IMG/VR virus record: IMGVR_UViG_2681813321_000027
Strand: one strand, 5' to 3'
DNA from: a virus
Taxonomy: Duplodnaviria; Heunggongvirae; Uroviricota; Caudoviricetes
Length of the DNA: 51,515 nt
Below the pieces are notes generated by a model. It saw only the letters and a list, made by a program, of their open reading frames with translations. It was not told where the DNA came from and did not search any database. Made by a program: the position numbers and the translations under genes. Below, one piece after another: positions 40,693-49,369 of this stretch; position 1 is the first letter of the stretch, and each line of letters starts with the position of its first letter.

Positions 40693-41081
40693 GCAACACA
40701 TTTAAATTCAGCAGCCGGAGCGAAAAGAATTTGCAGGGCGTAAATCCTGATCTGGTGAAAGTGACCCGACGGGCACTGGAAATCTCGGAAGTGGATTTTG
40801 GTATCACCGAAGGGTTGCGCAGCCGTTACCGCCAGAAGCAACTTGTGGCCACGGGTAAGAGCCAGACCATGAACAGCCGCCACCTTACGGGGCATGCCGT
40901 GGATGTTGTGGCTTATATCGGCAGCCAGGTGTCATGGGAATGGCCGCTGTACGAAAAAATCGCAGCAGCATTCAGACAGGCCAGCCGGGAACTGAATATT
41001 CCGGTGGAATGGGGCGGCGACTGGAAGACCCTGAAAGACGGACCGCATTTTCAGTTACCACACGGAGCCTGTCCGGCATGA
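40689..41081 (+). CDS. endolysin, peptidase M15 (L-alanyl-D-glutamate peptidase-like)
   Basis: 130 aa; SRHLxGHAVDV zinc-binding signature; sits between holin and spanins. Confidence 0.7.
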   Translation: MSNTFKFSSRSEKNLQGVNPDLVKVTRRALEISEVDFGITEGLRSRYRQKQLVATGKSQTMNSRHLTGHAVDVVAYIGSQVSWEWPLYEKIAAAFRQASRELNIPVEWGGDWKTLKDGPHFQLPHGACPA

Positions 41082-41485
41082 AGCTCTGGCCCACGCTGGG
41101 TGTCGCTTTCCTTCTGATTGCCGCATGGGGAACATCCATGCGTCTGTCATGGTCGCTGGGCCGGGAGAACGCCAGAAACGAAGCACAGGCCAGCACCCTG
41201 AAAAGTACCGCCGACACCCTGAATATTATCAGCGCTGGGGTACAGGATATGCAGCAGGTGCTGGCGCAACTCCGCGTGGAAAATCAGCAACGCAATCAGG
41301 ACGGAGAGGTAAGACGTGAACAGCTACGCAACGATATTGCAAAAGATGAATGCGCCCACGCTTTGCCTGACGCTCGTTTTACTGACAGGCTGCGCAGGCA
41401 CGCAGAACGCGCCACGGCCAGCGCCGTCAGTCCGGCTTATACCGCAGACGCTGACCATACCGGTAACGCCTCCCCCCTTCCCTGA
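41078..41485 (+). CDS. i-spanin (Rz/LysB-like)
   Basis: 135 aa; N-terminal TM LWPTLGVAFLLIAAWG then coiled-coil-like charged region; ATGA overlap with endolysin stop. Confidence 0.6.
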   Translation: MKLWPTLGVAFLLIAAWGTSMRLSWSLGRENARNEAQASTLKSTADTLNIISAGVQDMQQVLAQLRVENQQRNQDGEVRREQLRNDIAKDECAHALPDARFTDRLRRHAERATASAVSPAYTADADHTGNASPLP

Positions 41486-41636
41486 TACTCCCACATGGGG
41501 AAATCTCGGTATATGGGGCGACCGCCTTCTGGATGCACTGGAAACCTGTAACGCGGATAAACGGGCCATTGAATTACTGGAACAGCGCAGGCTGCAACGA
41601 CTGAACAACGAGGATAACAACCATGCTGAAAACTGA
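41346..41636 (+). CDS. o-spanin lipoprotein (Rz1/LysC-like)
   Basis: lipobox LLTGC, proline-rich; starts inside i-spanin in another frame and extends past it. Confidence 0.55.
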   Translation: MNAPTLCLTLVLLTGCAGTQNAPRPAPSVRLIPQTLTIPVTPPPFPDTPTWGNLGIWGDRLLDALETCNADKRAIELLEQRRLQRLNNEDNNHAEN

Positions 41637-42090
41637 TTCCCTGCGTGAAGCCATGACCCGTTCATGCCGATGGTGTCAGGCCAACCCGGAAAAATTCACC
41701 ATTTTCGTGGAGAGCGGCAACATTGAAACGACCGGAGAAACCCCATCGTTTGTTTACCGCTATCAGATGGTGATGTTTGTCATGGATTACGCCGGGGAGC
41801 TGGACGACCTCACGCTGCCGCTGCTGGCGTGGTTATCCAAAAATCAGCCACAGTTGTTGCTCAACCCTGAGCGTAATCAGGACATCAAATTCTCCGCCGT
41901 TATTAATGACGATGACAGCGCCGATCTCCTGTTTACGCTCCCCCTGCGGGAACGCGTTCGCATCACGCGCAGCAGTCAGGGCACACCGCAGGCAGAACAC
42001 CTGCCGGAGCCAAAACCCCGCCTGCCATCTTCCGAAGGCGACTGGTCGCATGTATTCCAGGATGTGACGTGGGGTGAAAGCGATGGATAA
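41623..42090 (+). CDS. R: tail completion protein (P2 gpR family)
   Basis: 155 aa; MLKxDSLR N-terminus and length match P2 gpR. Confidence 0.8.
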   Translation: MLKTDSLREAMTRSCRWCQANPEKFTIFVESGNIETTGETPSFVYRYQMVMFVMDYAGELDDLTLPLLAWLSKNQPQLLLNPERNQDIKFSAVINDDDSADLLFTLPLRERVRITRSSQGTPQAEHLPEPKPRLPSSEGDWSHVFQDVTWGESDG

Positions 42091-42718
42091 GGCATTCACC
42101 CGCGTGGATGAAACCTTTGAGGCCATCCGCGACAGCCTGAATCAGCAGGCCATCAATAACATCGCCAGAAAGCTGGCACAGAATTTACGCCGCGCCCAGC
42201 AGGCGCGTATCCGGTCACAGAAAGCGCCGGACGGGACCGCGTGGACACCACGCAGACGCCGCGTAACCCGGATACAGGAACGCATTCGCTTTATCTGGAA
42301 TAACGAAGCACGCACGCTGAAAAACTGGCATCACGACACGGGGAAATACGGGCGAACCATCACCGGGTGGGATGAGGATAAAAACAACATCCGCACGTTT
42401 TACCGGGATGACATCGACCGCTTTCTGGAAATACGCACCCGGCGCATCAACCAGGACAGCACAAAGCGCGTCCCCATGTTCGTAAAACTGCGCACCGCCC
42501 GCTACCTGAAAGCCCGTGCGGATACTTCCGGTGTGACGGTGGGTTACAGCGGCGTGGCTGCACGTATTGCACGCGTTCATCAGTTCGGTGAGCGCGATCA
42601 GGTTGCGCCGGGCATTTTCACCGATTACCCGGTACGTGAGCTGTTGGGCATCAGTCAGGCAGATGAACGCCTGATTTATAACACGGTGCTGGGCCGGATT
42701 GCGGAGGCTGTACGGTGA
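42083..42718 (+). CDS. S: tail completion protein (P2 gpS family, putative)
   Basis: ATG 42083 overlaps R stop; assignment by synteny. Confidence 0.6.
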   Translation: MDKAFTRVDETFEAIRDSLNQQAINNIARKLAQNLRRAQQARIRSQKAPDGTAWTPRRRRVTRIQERIRFIWNNEARTLKNWHHDTGKYGRTITGWDEDKNNIRTFYRDDIDRFLEIRTRRINQDSTKRVPMFVKLRTARYLKARADTSGVTVGYSGVAARIARVHQFGERDQVAPGIFTDYPVRELLGISQADERLIYNTVLGRIAEAVR

Positions 42719-43296
42719 GCGCAGAACTCATGCGACTGCTGAGCAATATCATCCGCACCGGGATCATCTCTGAAGTTGATGAGAAGTCCTGGCGCGTGCG
42801 CGTTCGCAGCGGCGAACTGGAGACAGGCTGGTTGCGCTGGAACACCACGCGCGCGGGAGCCTTCAATGTGTGGCTGCCGCCATCACCAGGCGAACAGGTG
42901 GTAATTGCCTGCATTGGCGGCAACCCGGAAACCGCCATGATAATTGGCAGCCTGTGGAGTGATGCCAATCCGGCCCCCGGCAAAAGCCTGAAAGAAATCG
43001 TGATCAGCGCGCCGGACGGCGCGGTGTTCCGCTACGACGCGGACGCAGGCGCACTGAGCGCCAGCGGCATGAAAACGGCCACTTTACAGGCATCCGTCAG
43101 CGTGACACTGGACACGCCCGTCGTGGAATGCACAAACCTTCTGAGAACGGCGACGCTTGACGTCACAAAAGGGGGAAAGATGAGCGGCAATATCACGCAC
43201 AGCGGCGGCGATTTCACCTCAAACGGCATTACCGTGCATACGCATAAACACGGTGGCGTGAAAGGCGGCAGCGATTCGACAGGAGGCCCGCATTGA
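42715..43296 (+). CDS. V: baseplate spike/assembly protein (P2 gpV family)
   Basis: 193 aa, GTG start overlapping S stop; position before W. Confidence 0.75.
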   Translation: MSAELMRLLSNIIRTGIISEVDEKSWRVRVRSGELETGWLRWNTTRAGAFNVWLPPSPGEQVVIACIGGNPETAMIIGSLWSDANPAPGKSLKEIVISAPDGAVFRYDADAGALSASGMKTATLQASVSVTLDTPVVECTNLLRTATLDVTKGGKMSGNITHSGGDFTSNGITVHTHKHGGVKGGSDSTGGPH

Positions 43297-43643
43297 CAAC
43301 CCGCTACACAGGAATGAATCCGGACGGGACGGGAAACCTGAACGATATGGAGCACCTGAAACAGTCAGTCAGGGATATCCTGACCACCCCGCTGGCAAGC
43401 CGGGTTATGCGACGGGAATATGGCAGCCTTGTGCCTGATTTGATTGACGAACCCATGAATAACACCACGCGTCTGCAATGCATGAGTGCTGCCGTGATTG
43501 CGCTGACACGATGGGAACCCCGCATTGCCCTGGATGCCATCGACGTTGTCTGGAAAGCGGGAGGCCGCGCCGGGGTGACGCTGTCGGGCACTGTCATGCA
43601 GACCATGCAGAATGTTGAGTTAACCATCACGCTGAGGGAGTAA
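43293..43643 (+). CDS. W: baseplate protein (P2 gpW family)
   Basis: 116 aa, TTG start with aggagg RBS. Confidence 0.75.
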   Translation: MTTRYTGMNPDGTGNLNDMEHLKQSVRDILTTPLASRVMRREYGSLVPDLIDEPMNNTTRLQCMSAAVIALTRWEPRIALDAIDVVWKAGGRAGVTLSGTVMQTMQNVELTITLRE

Positions 43644-43646
43644 ATC

Positions 43647-44543
43647 ATGCCCGCCGTTGACCTTTCCCAATTACCGGAACCCGCCATCATCGCGGAGCCT
43701 GACTTTGAGGCAATTCTGGCTGACACAAAGGCCATGATGATTGCGGCTTATCCCGCCGAACAGCGTGAAGCCGTCTCCGCCGCGCTGGAGCTGGAATCGG
43801 AACCCCTGAACGTTATCGCCCAGACAACAGCGTTTCGTGAAATGCTGTTACGCCAGCGGGTCAATGAGGGGGCACGCGCCTGCATGTTAAGCCACAGCGC
43901 CGGGACAGACCTGGACAACCTCGCGGGCAATATGAACACAAAGCGCCTGACCATCACTCCGGCAACGGATACCACCGACGCAGTGATGGAAAGTGACACC
44001 TCGCTGAGACTGCGGGCGCAGCGGGCGTACGATGGCCTGAGTGTTGCTGGCCCGTCAGGTGCATACGAGTATTTTGCCCGCAGCGCCAGCGGTCTGGTGC
44101 GTGATGCGCGGGCTATCAGTCCGTCTCCGGCAAATGTGACGGTTTCCATCCTGTCCACTGAAGGCGACGGCACAGCAACGGAGGCGTTGCTTAATACCGT
44201 TCGCGCCGTTCTGAATGCAGAGGATACCCGCCCGGTGGCCGACCGCCTGACCGTACAGAGTGCCAGAATCGTGACATGGCGGCTGAATGCAAAACTGTAC
44301 TTTTACCCCGGCCCGGAATCCGAACCTATTCTGGCCGCGGCGGAATCGTCATTCAGGAAGTGGCTGGCTGAACAGGGGCTTATCGGTCAGGACGTGGCGT
44401 TGTCCGCCATTGCTGCCGCACTGCATGTGCACGGTGTGCAACGCGTGGAGATAATCGAACCCACACAGAATATGGCCATCAGCGACATACAGGCGGCGCG
44501 CTGTGAGTCATTCACCATCAGCGAAGGTGGACGCAATGAGTAA
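43647..44543 (+). CDS. J: baseplate protein (P2 gpJ family)
   Basis: 298 aa; size and order match P2 J. Confidence 0.8.
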   Translation: MPAVDLSQLPEPAIIAEPDFEAILADTKAMMIAAYPAEQREAVSAALELESEPLNVIAQTTAFREMLLRQRVNEGARACMLSHSAGTDLDNLAGNMNTKRLTITPATDTTDAVMESDTSLRLRAQRAYDGLSVAGPSGAYEYFARSASGLVRDARAISPSPANVTVSILSTEGDGTATEALLNTVRAVLNAEDTRPVADRLTVQSARIVTWRLNAKLYFYPGPESEPILAAAESSFRKWLAEQGLIGQDVALSAIAAALHVHGVQRVEIIEPTQNMAISDIQAARCESFTISEGGRNE

Positions 44544-45144
44544 TTCGTTGTTACCACCATCAGCCAGCAATTTCATGCGTTGTGCCGAAGCCGTCGGAAC
44601 ACGCATTACAGACATTCCGGTGGACCTCAACACGCTGTGGTCGCCGGACACCTGCCCGGTGCATCTGCTGCCTTATCTCGCCTGGGCGTTTTCCGTTGAC
44701 CGCTGGGATCGCAACTGGCCGGAAGAGACAAAGCGACAGGTGATTCGTGATGCATGGCTGATACACCGACACAAAGGGACCATCAGCGCACTGCGAAGAG
44801 CCGTGGAGCCTCTCGGCTACCTGATTGAAGTAAAGGAGTGGTGGCAACTCAACGAGGAGCCAGGAACATTTCGCATTGTTGTCGGAGTACTTGATCAGGG
44901 CATCACCGATGAAATGTATCAGGAACTTGAGCGCCTTATTGCGGATGCAAAACCAGTAAGTCGCCATCTGACGGGGCTGGCGATCAGCCTGAGTGTGAAC
45001 GGAAAGATTTTCGTTGGTACGGGATGCTATCACGGCGATGCCCTGACGGTTTATCCCTACACCCCGGAGTCCATTATTGTCGAAGGGGATTATTTCCCTG
45101 CCCCGGCCATTCATTTAATTGATAATCTGAGAGTAAACGCATGA
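44536..45144 (+). CDS. I: baseplate/tail protein (P2 gpI family)
   Basis: ATG 44536 overlaps J stop; about 202 aa. Confidence 0.7.
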   Translation: MSNSLLPPSASNFMRCAEAVGTRITDIPVDLNTLWSPDTCPVHLLPYLAWAFSVDRWDRNWPEETKRQVIRDAWLIHRHKGTISALRRAVEPLGYLIEVKEWWQLNEEPGTFRIVVGVLDQGITDEMYQELERLIADAKPVSRHLTGLAISLSVNGKIFVGTGCYHGDALTVYPYTPESIIVEGDYFPAPAIHLIDNLRVNA

Positions 45145-46658
45145 CAGTGAAATACTACGCCATTCTGACTAATCAGGGCGCGGCACGACTGGCTAACGCG
45201 ACGATGCTCGGCAGTAAGCTGGATCTGACGCAAATGGCCGTTGGTGATGCAAATGGTGTGTTACCAACACCAGACCCTGCACAAACAAAACTGATTAACC
45301 AGAAACGCATTGCACCGCTGAATCTTCTGAGTGTTGACCCTAACAATCAGAGCCAGATTATTGCGGAGCAAATCATCCCTGAAAACGAGGGAGGATTCTG
45401 GATCCGTGAGATTGGTCTTTATGATGATGAAGGTGTACTCATTGCGGTGGCAAACTGCCCGGAAACGTACAAACCGCAGTTGCAGGAAGGCAGTGGACGC
45501 ACCCAGACTATCCGCATGATTCTGGTTGTCACGAACACCGAAGCCATCACGCTGAAAATCGACCCGTCTGTGGTTCTGGCAACCCGCAAATATGTGGATG
45601 ATAAAATCTCAGAGCACGAACAGTCACGACGTCACCCGGACGCCTCGCTGACCGTAAAAGGTTTTACTCAGTTAAGCAGTGCAATTAACAGTGAATCAGA
45701 AACACTGGCCGCAACACCGAAAGCGGTTAAGGCTGCATATGACCTGGCTAACGAGAAATATACCGCCCAGAACGCCACCACTACACAAAAAGGGATTGTT
45801 CAGCTCAGTAGCGCCACGAACAGCACGTCTGAAACACTGGCAGCGACACCAAAAGCTGTTAAGGCGGTAATGGATGAAACGAACAAGAAAGCACCATTAA
45901 ACAGCCCGGCACTGACCGGAACGCCAACAACACCAACAGCGCCACAGGGGACTAATAGTACCCAGATCGCAAGCACGGCTTTCGTTATGGCCGCGATTGC
46001 CGCACTTGTAGATTCGTCACCTGATGCACTGAACACGCTGAACGAACTGGCTGCGGCGCTGGGCAATGACCCGAATTTTGCGACCACCATGACTAACGCG
46101 CTTGCGGGTAAGCAACCGAAGGATGCCACCCTGACGGCGCTGGCAGAGCTTGCTACATCAGCAGATAAACTCCCATATTTTACAGGGGCAGATCGTGCCG
46201 CGTTAACCGCGTTGACAAGTGTTGGACGTGCCATTCTTGGTAAAACCAGCACTCAGGGAGTTCTTGATTACCTTGGTTTGGGAGAAGGCTCTGCATTACC
46301 GGTTGGGGTGCCTGTTCCGTGGCCTTCAGCCACTCCGCCAACAGGCTGGCTGAAATGCAACGGTGCCGCTTTTTCTGCTGAAGAATACCCGGAACTGGCA
46401 AAGGCTTATCCGACAAATAAATTGCCTGATTTACGCGGTGAGTTTATTAGGGGCTGGGATGACGGGCGTGGTATTGATGCTGTACGTGCCTTGCTAAGTC
46501 TTCAGAATGGAGGAGTGGAATCACACACCCACCAAGGGCAGCTCTTCAGAGTTAGTGATTATCGTACAAAAGAAATACCAGCATCAGAAGTTATGGGAAG
46601 AGGATATATTGCAAGCCTGACGCCGGGTCCTGATAGCCCACTTGATTTTGATGATTAT
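45141..46658 (+). pseudogene. H: tail fiber gpH, first about 506 codons; fused at J4 to the 3' end of S
   Basis: identical to the full H copy up to DFDDY; track ORF 45141-46943 ends with the S C-terminus. Confidence 0.8.
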
Positions 46659-46660
46659 AG
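46658..46660. other. junction J4: H / orphan A / internal S (= 42435)
   Basis: ...gatgattat + a + gcacccggcgcatcaacc... Confidence 0.85.
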
Positions 46661-46943
46661 CACCCGGCGCATCAACCAGGACAGCACAAAGCGCGTCCCC
46701 ATGTTCGTAAAACTGCGCACCGCCCGCTACCTGAAAGCCCGTGCGGATACTTCCGGTGTGACGGTGGGTTACAGCGGCGTGGCTGCACGTATTGCACGCG
46801 TTCATCAGTTCGGTGAGCGCGATCAGGTTGCGCCGGGCATTTTCACCGATTACCCGGTACGTGAGCTGTTGGGCATCAGTCAGGCAGATGAACGCCTGAT
46901 TTATAACACGGTGCTGGGCCGGATTGCGGAGGCTGTACGGTGA
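46660..46943 (+). pseudogene. S: 3' fragment of S
   Basis: identical to 42435-42718. Confidence 0.75.
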
Positions 46944-47521
46944 GCGCAGAACTCATGCGACTGCTGAGCAATATCATCCGCACCGGGATCATCTCTGAAG
47001 TTGATGAGAAGTCCTGGCGCGTGCGCGTTCGCAGCGGCGAACTGGAGACAGGCTGGTTGCGCTGGAACACCACGCGCGCGGGAGCCTTCAATGTGTGGCT
47101 GCCGCCATCACCAGGCGAACAGGTGGTAATTGCCTGCATTGGCGGCAACCCGGAAACCGCCATGATAATTGGCAGCCTGTGGAGTGATGCCAATCCGGCC
47201 CCCGGCAAAAGCCTGAAAGAAATCGTGATCAGCGCGCCGGACGGCGCGGTGTTCCGCTACGACGCGGACGCAGGCGCACTGAGCGCCAGCGGCATGAAAA
47301 CGGCCACTTTACAGGCATCCGTCAGCGTGACACTGGACACGCCCGTCGTGGAATGCACAAACCTTCTGAGAACGGCGACGCTTGACGTCACAAAAGGGGG
47401 AAAGATGAGCGGCAATATCACGCACAGCGGCGGCGATTTCACCTCAAACGGCATTACCGTGCATACGCATAAACACGGTGGCGTGAAAGGCGGCAGCGAT
47501 TCGACAGGAGGCCCGCATTGA
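46940..47521 (+). CDS. V: gpV, copy 2
   Basis: identical. Confidence 0.75.
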   Translation: MSAELMRLLSNIIRTGIISEVDEKSWRVRVRSGELETGWLRWNTTRAGAFNVWLPPSPGEQVVIACIGGNPETAMIIGSLWSDANPAPGKSLKEIVISAPDGAVFRYDADAGALSASGMKTATLQASVSVTLDTPVVECTNLLRTATLDVTKGGKMSGNITHSGGDFTSNGITVHTHKHGGVKGGSDSTGGPH

Positions 47522-47868
47522 CAACCCGCTACACAGGAATGAATCCGGACGGGACGGGAAACCTGAACGATATGGAGCACCTGAAACAGTCAGTCAGGGA
47601 TATCCTGACCACCCCGCTGGCAAGCCGGGTTATGCGACGGGAATATGGCAGCCTTGTGCCTGATTTGATTGACGAACCCATGAATAACACCACGCGTCTG
47701 CAATGCATGAGTGCTGCCGTGATTGCGCTGACACGATGGGAACCCCGCATTGCCCTGGATGCCATCGACGTTGTCTGGAAAGCGGGAGGCCGCGCCGGGG
47801 TGACGCTGTCGGGCACTGTCATGCAGACCATGCAGAATGTTGAGTTAACCATCACGCTGAGGGAGTAA
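47518..47868 (+). CDS. W: gpW, copy 2
   Basis: identical. Confidence 0.75.
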   Translation: MTTRYTGMNPDGTGNLNDMEHLKQSVRDILTTPLASRVMRREYGSLVPDLIDEPMNNTTRLQCMSAAVIALTRWEPRIALDAIDVVWKAGGRAGVTLSGTVMQTMQNVELTITLRE

Positions 47869-47871
47869 ATC

Positions 47872-48768
47872 ATGCCCGCCGTTGACCTTTCCCAATTACC
47901 GGAACCCGCCATCATCGCGGAGCCTGACTTTGAGGCAATTCTGGCTGACACAAAGGCCATGATGATTGCGGCTTATCCCGCCGAACAGCGTGAAGCCGTC
48001 TCCGCCGCGCTGGAGCTGGAATCGGAACCCCTGAACGTTATCGCCCAGACAACAGCGTTTCGTGAAATGCTGTTACGCCAGCGGGTCAATGAGGGGGCAC
48101 GCGCCTGCATGTTAAGCCACAGCGCCGGGACAGACCTGGACAACCTCGCGGGCAATATGAACACAAAGCGCCTGACCATCACTCCGGCAACGGATACCAC
48201 CGACGCAGTGATGGAAAGTGACACCTCGCTGAGACTGCGGGCGCAGCGGGCGTACGATGGCCTGAGTGTTGCTGGCCCGTCAGGTGCATACGAGTATTTT
48301 GCCCGCAGCGCCAGCGGTCTGGTGCGTGATGCGCGGGCTATCAGTCCGTCTCCGGCAAATGTGACGGTTTCCATCCTGTCCACTGAAGGCGACGGCACAG
48401 CAACGGAGGCGTTGCTTAATACCGTTCGCGCCGTTCTGAATGCAGAGGATACCCGCCCGGTGGCCGACCGCCTGACCGTACAGAGTGCCAGAATCGTGAC
48501 ATGGCGGCTGAATGCAAAACTGTACTTTTACCCCGGCCCGGAATCCGAACCTATTCTGGCCGCGGCGGAATCGTCATTCAGGAAGTGGCTGGCTGAACAG
48601 GGGCTTATCGGTCAGGACGTGGCGTTGTCCGCCATTGCTGCCGCACTGCATGTGCACGGTGTGCAACGCGTGGAGATAATCGAACCCACACAGAATATGG
48701 CCATCAGCGACATACAGGCGGCGCGCTGTGAGTCATTCACCATCAGCGAAGGTGGACGCAATGAGTAA
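47872..48768 (+). CDS. J: gpJ, copy 2
   Basis: identical. Confidence 0.8.
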   Translation: MPAVDLSQLPEPAIIAEPDFEAILADTKAMMIAAYPAEQREAVSAALELESEPLNVIAQTTAFREMLLRQRVNEGARACMLSHSAGTDLDNLAGNMNTKRLTITPATDTTDAVMESDTSLRLRAQRAYDGLSVAGPSGAYEYFARSASGLVRDARAISPSPANVTVSILSTEGDGTATEALLNTVRAVLNAEDTRPVADRLTVQSARIVTWRLNAKLYFYPGPESEPILAAAESSFRKWLAEQGLIGQDVALSAIAAALHVHGVQRVEIIEPTQNMAISDIQAARCESFTISEGGRNE

Positions 48769-49369
48769 TTCGTTGTTACCACCATCAGCCAGCAATTTCA
48801 TGCGTTGTGCCGAAGCCGTCGGAACACGCATTACAGACATTCCGGTGGACCTCAACACGCTGTGGTCGCCGGACACCTGCCCGGTGCATCTGCTGCCTTA
48901 TCTCGCCTGGGCGTTTTCCGTTGACCGCTGGGATCGCAACTGGCCGGAAGAGACAAAGCGACAGGTGATTCGTGATGCATGGCTGATACACCGACACAAA
49001 GGGACCATCAGCGCACTGCGAAGAGCCGTGGAGCCTCTCGGCTACCTGATTGAAGTAAAGGAGTGGTGGCAACTCAACGAGGAGCCAGGAACATTTCGCA
49101 TTGTTGTCGGAGTACTTGATCAGGGCATCACCGATGAAATGTATCAGGAACTTGAGCGCCTTATTGCGGATGCAAAACCAGTAAGTCGCCATCTGACGGG
49201 GCTGGCGATCAGCCTGAGTGTGAACGGAAAGATTTTCGTTGGTACGGGATGCTATCACGGCGATGCCCTGACGGTTTATCCCTACACCCCGGAGTCCATT
49301 ATTGTCGAAGGGGATTATTTCCCTGCCCCGGCCATTCATTTAATTGATAATCTGAGAGTAAACGCATGA
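48761..49369 (+). CDS. I: gpI, copy 2
   Basis: identical. Confidence 0.7.
   Translation: MSNSLLPPSASNFMRCAEAVGTRITDIPVDLNTLWSPDTCPVHLLPYLAWAFSVDRWDRNWPEETKRQVIRDAWLIHRHKGTISALRRAVEPLGYLIEVKEWWQLNEEPGTFRIVVGVLDQGITDEMYQELERLIADAKPVSRHLTGLAISLSVNGKIFVGTGCYHGDALTVYPYTPESIIVEGDYFPAPAIHLIDNLRVNA

Noticed and set aside
13229-46660. IS element or transposon mediating the duplications
   Set aside because: No transposase-like ORF, no terminal inverted repeats and no target-site duplications at any of the four junctions. Junctions are clean X+A+Y joins.
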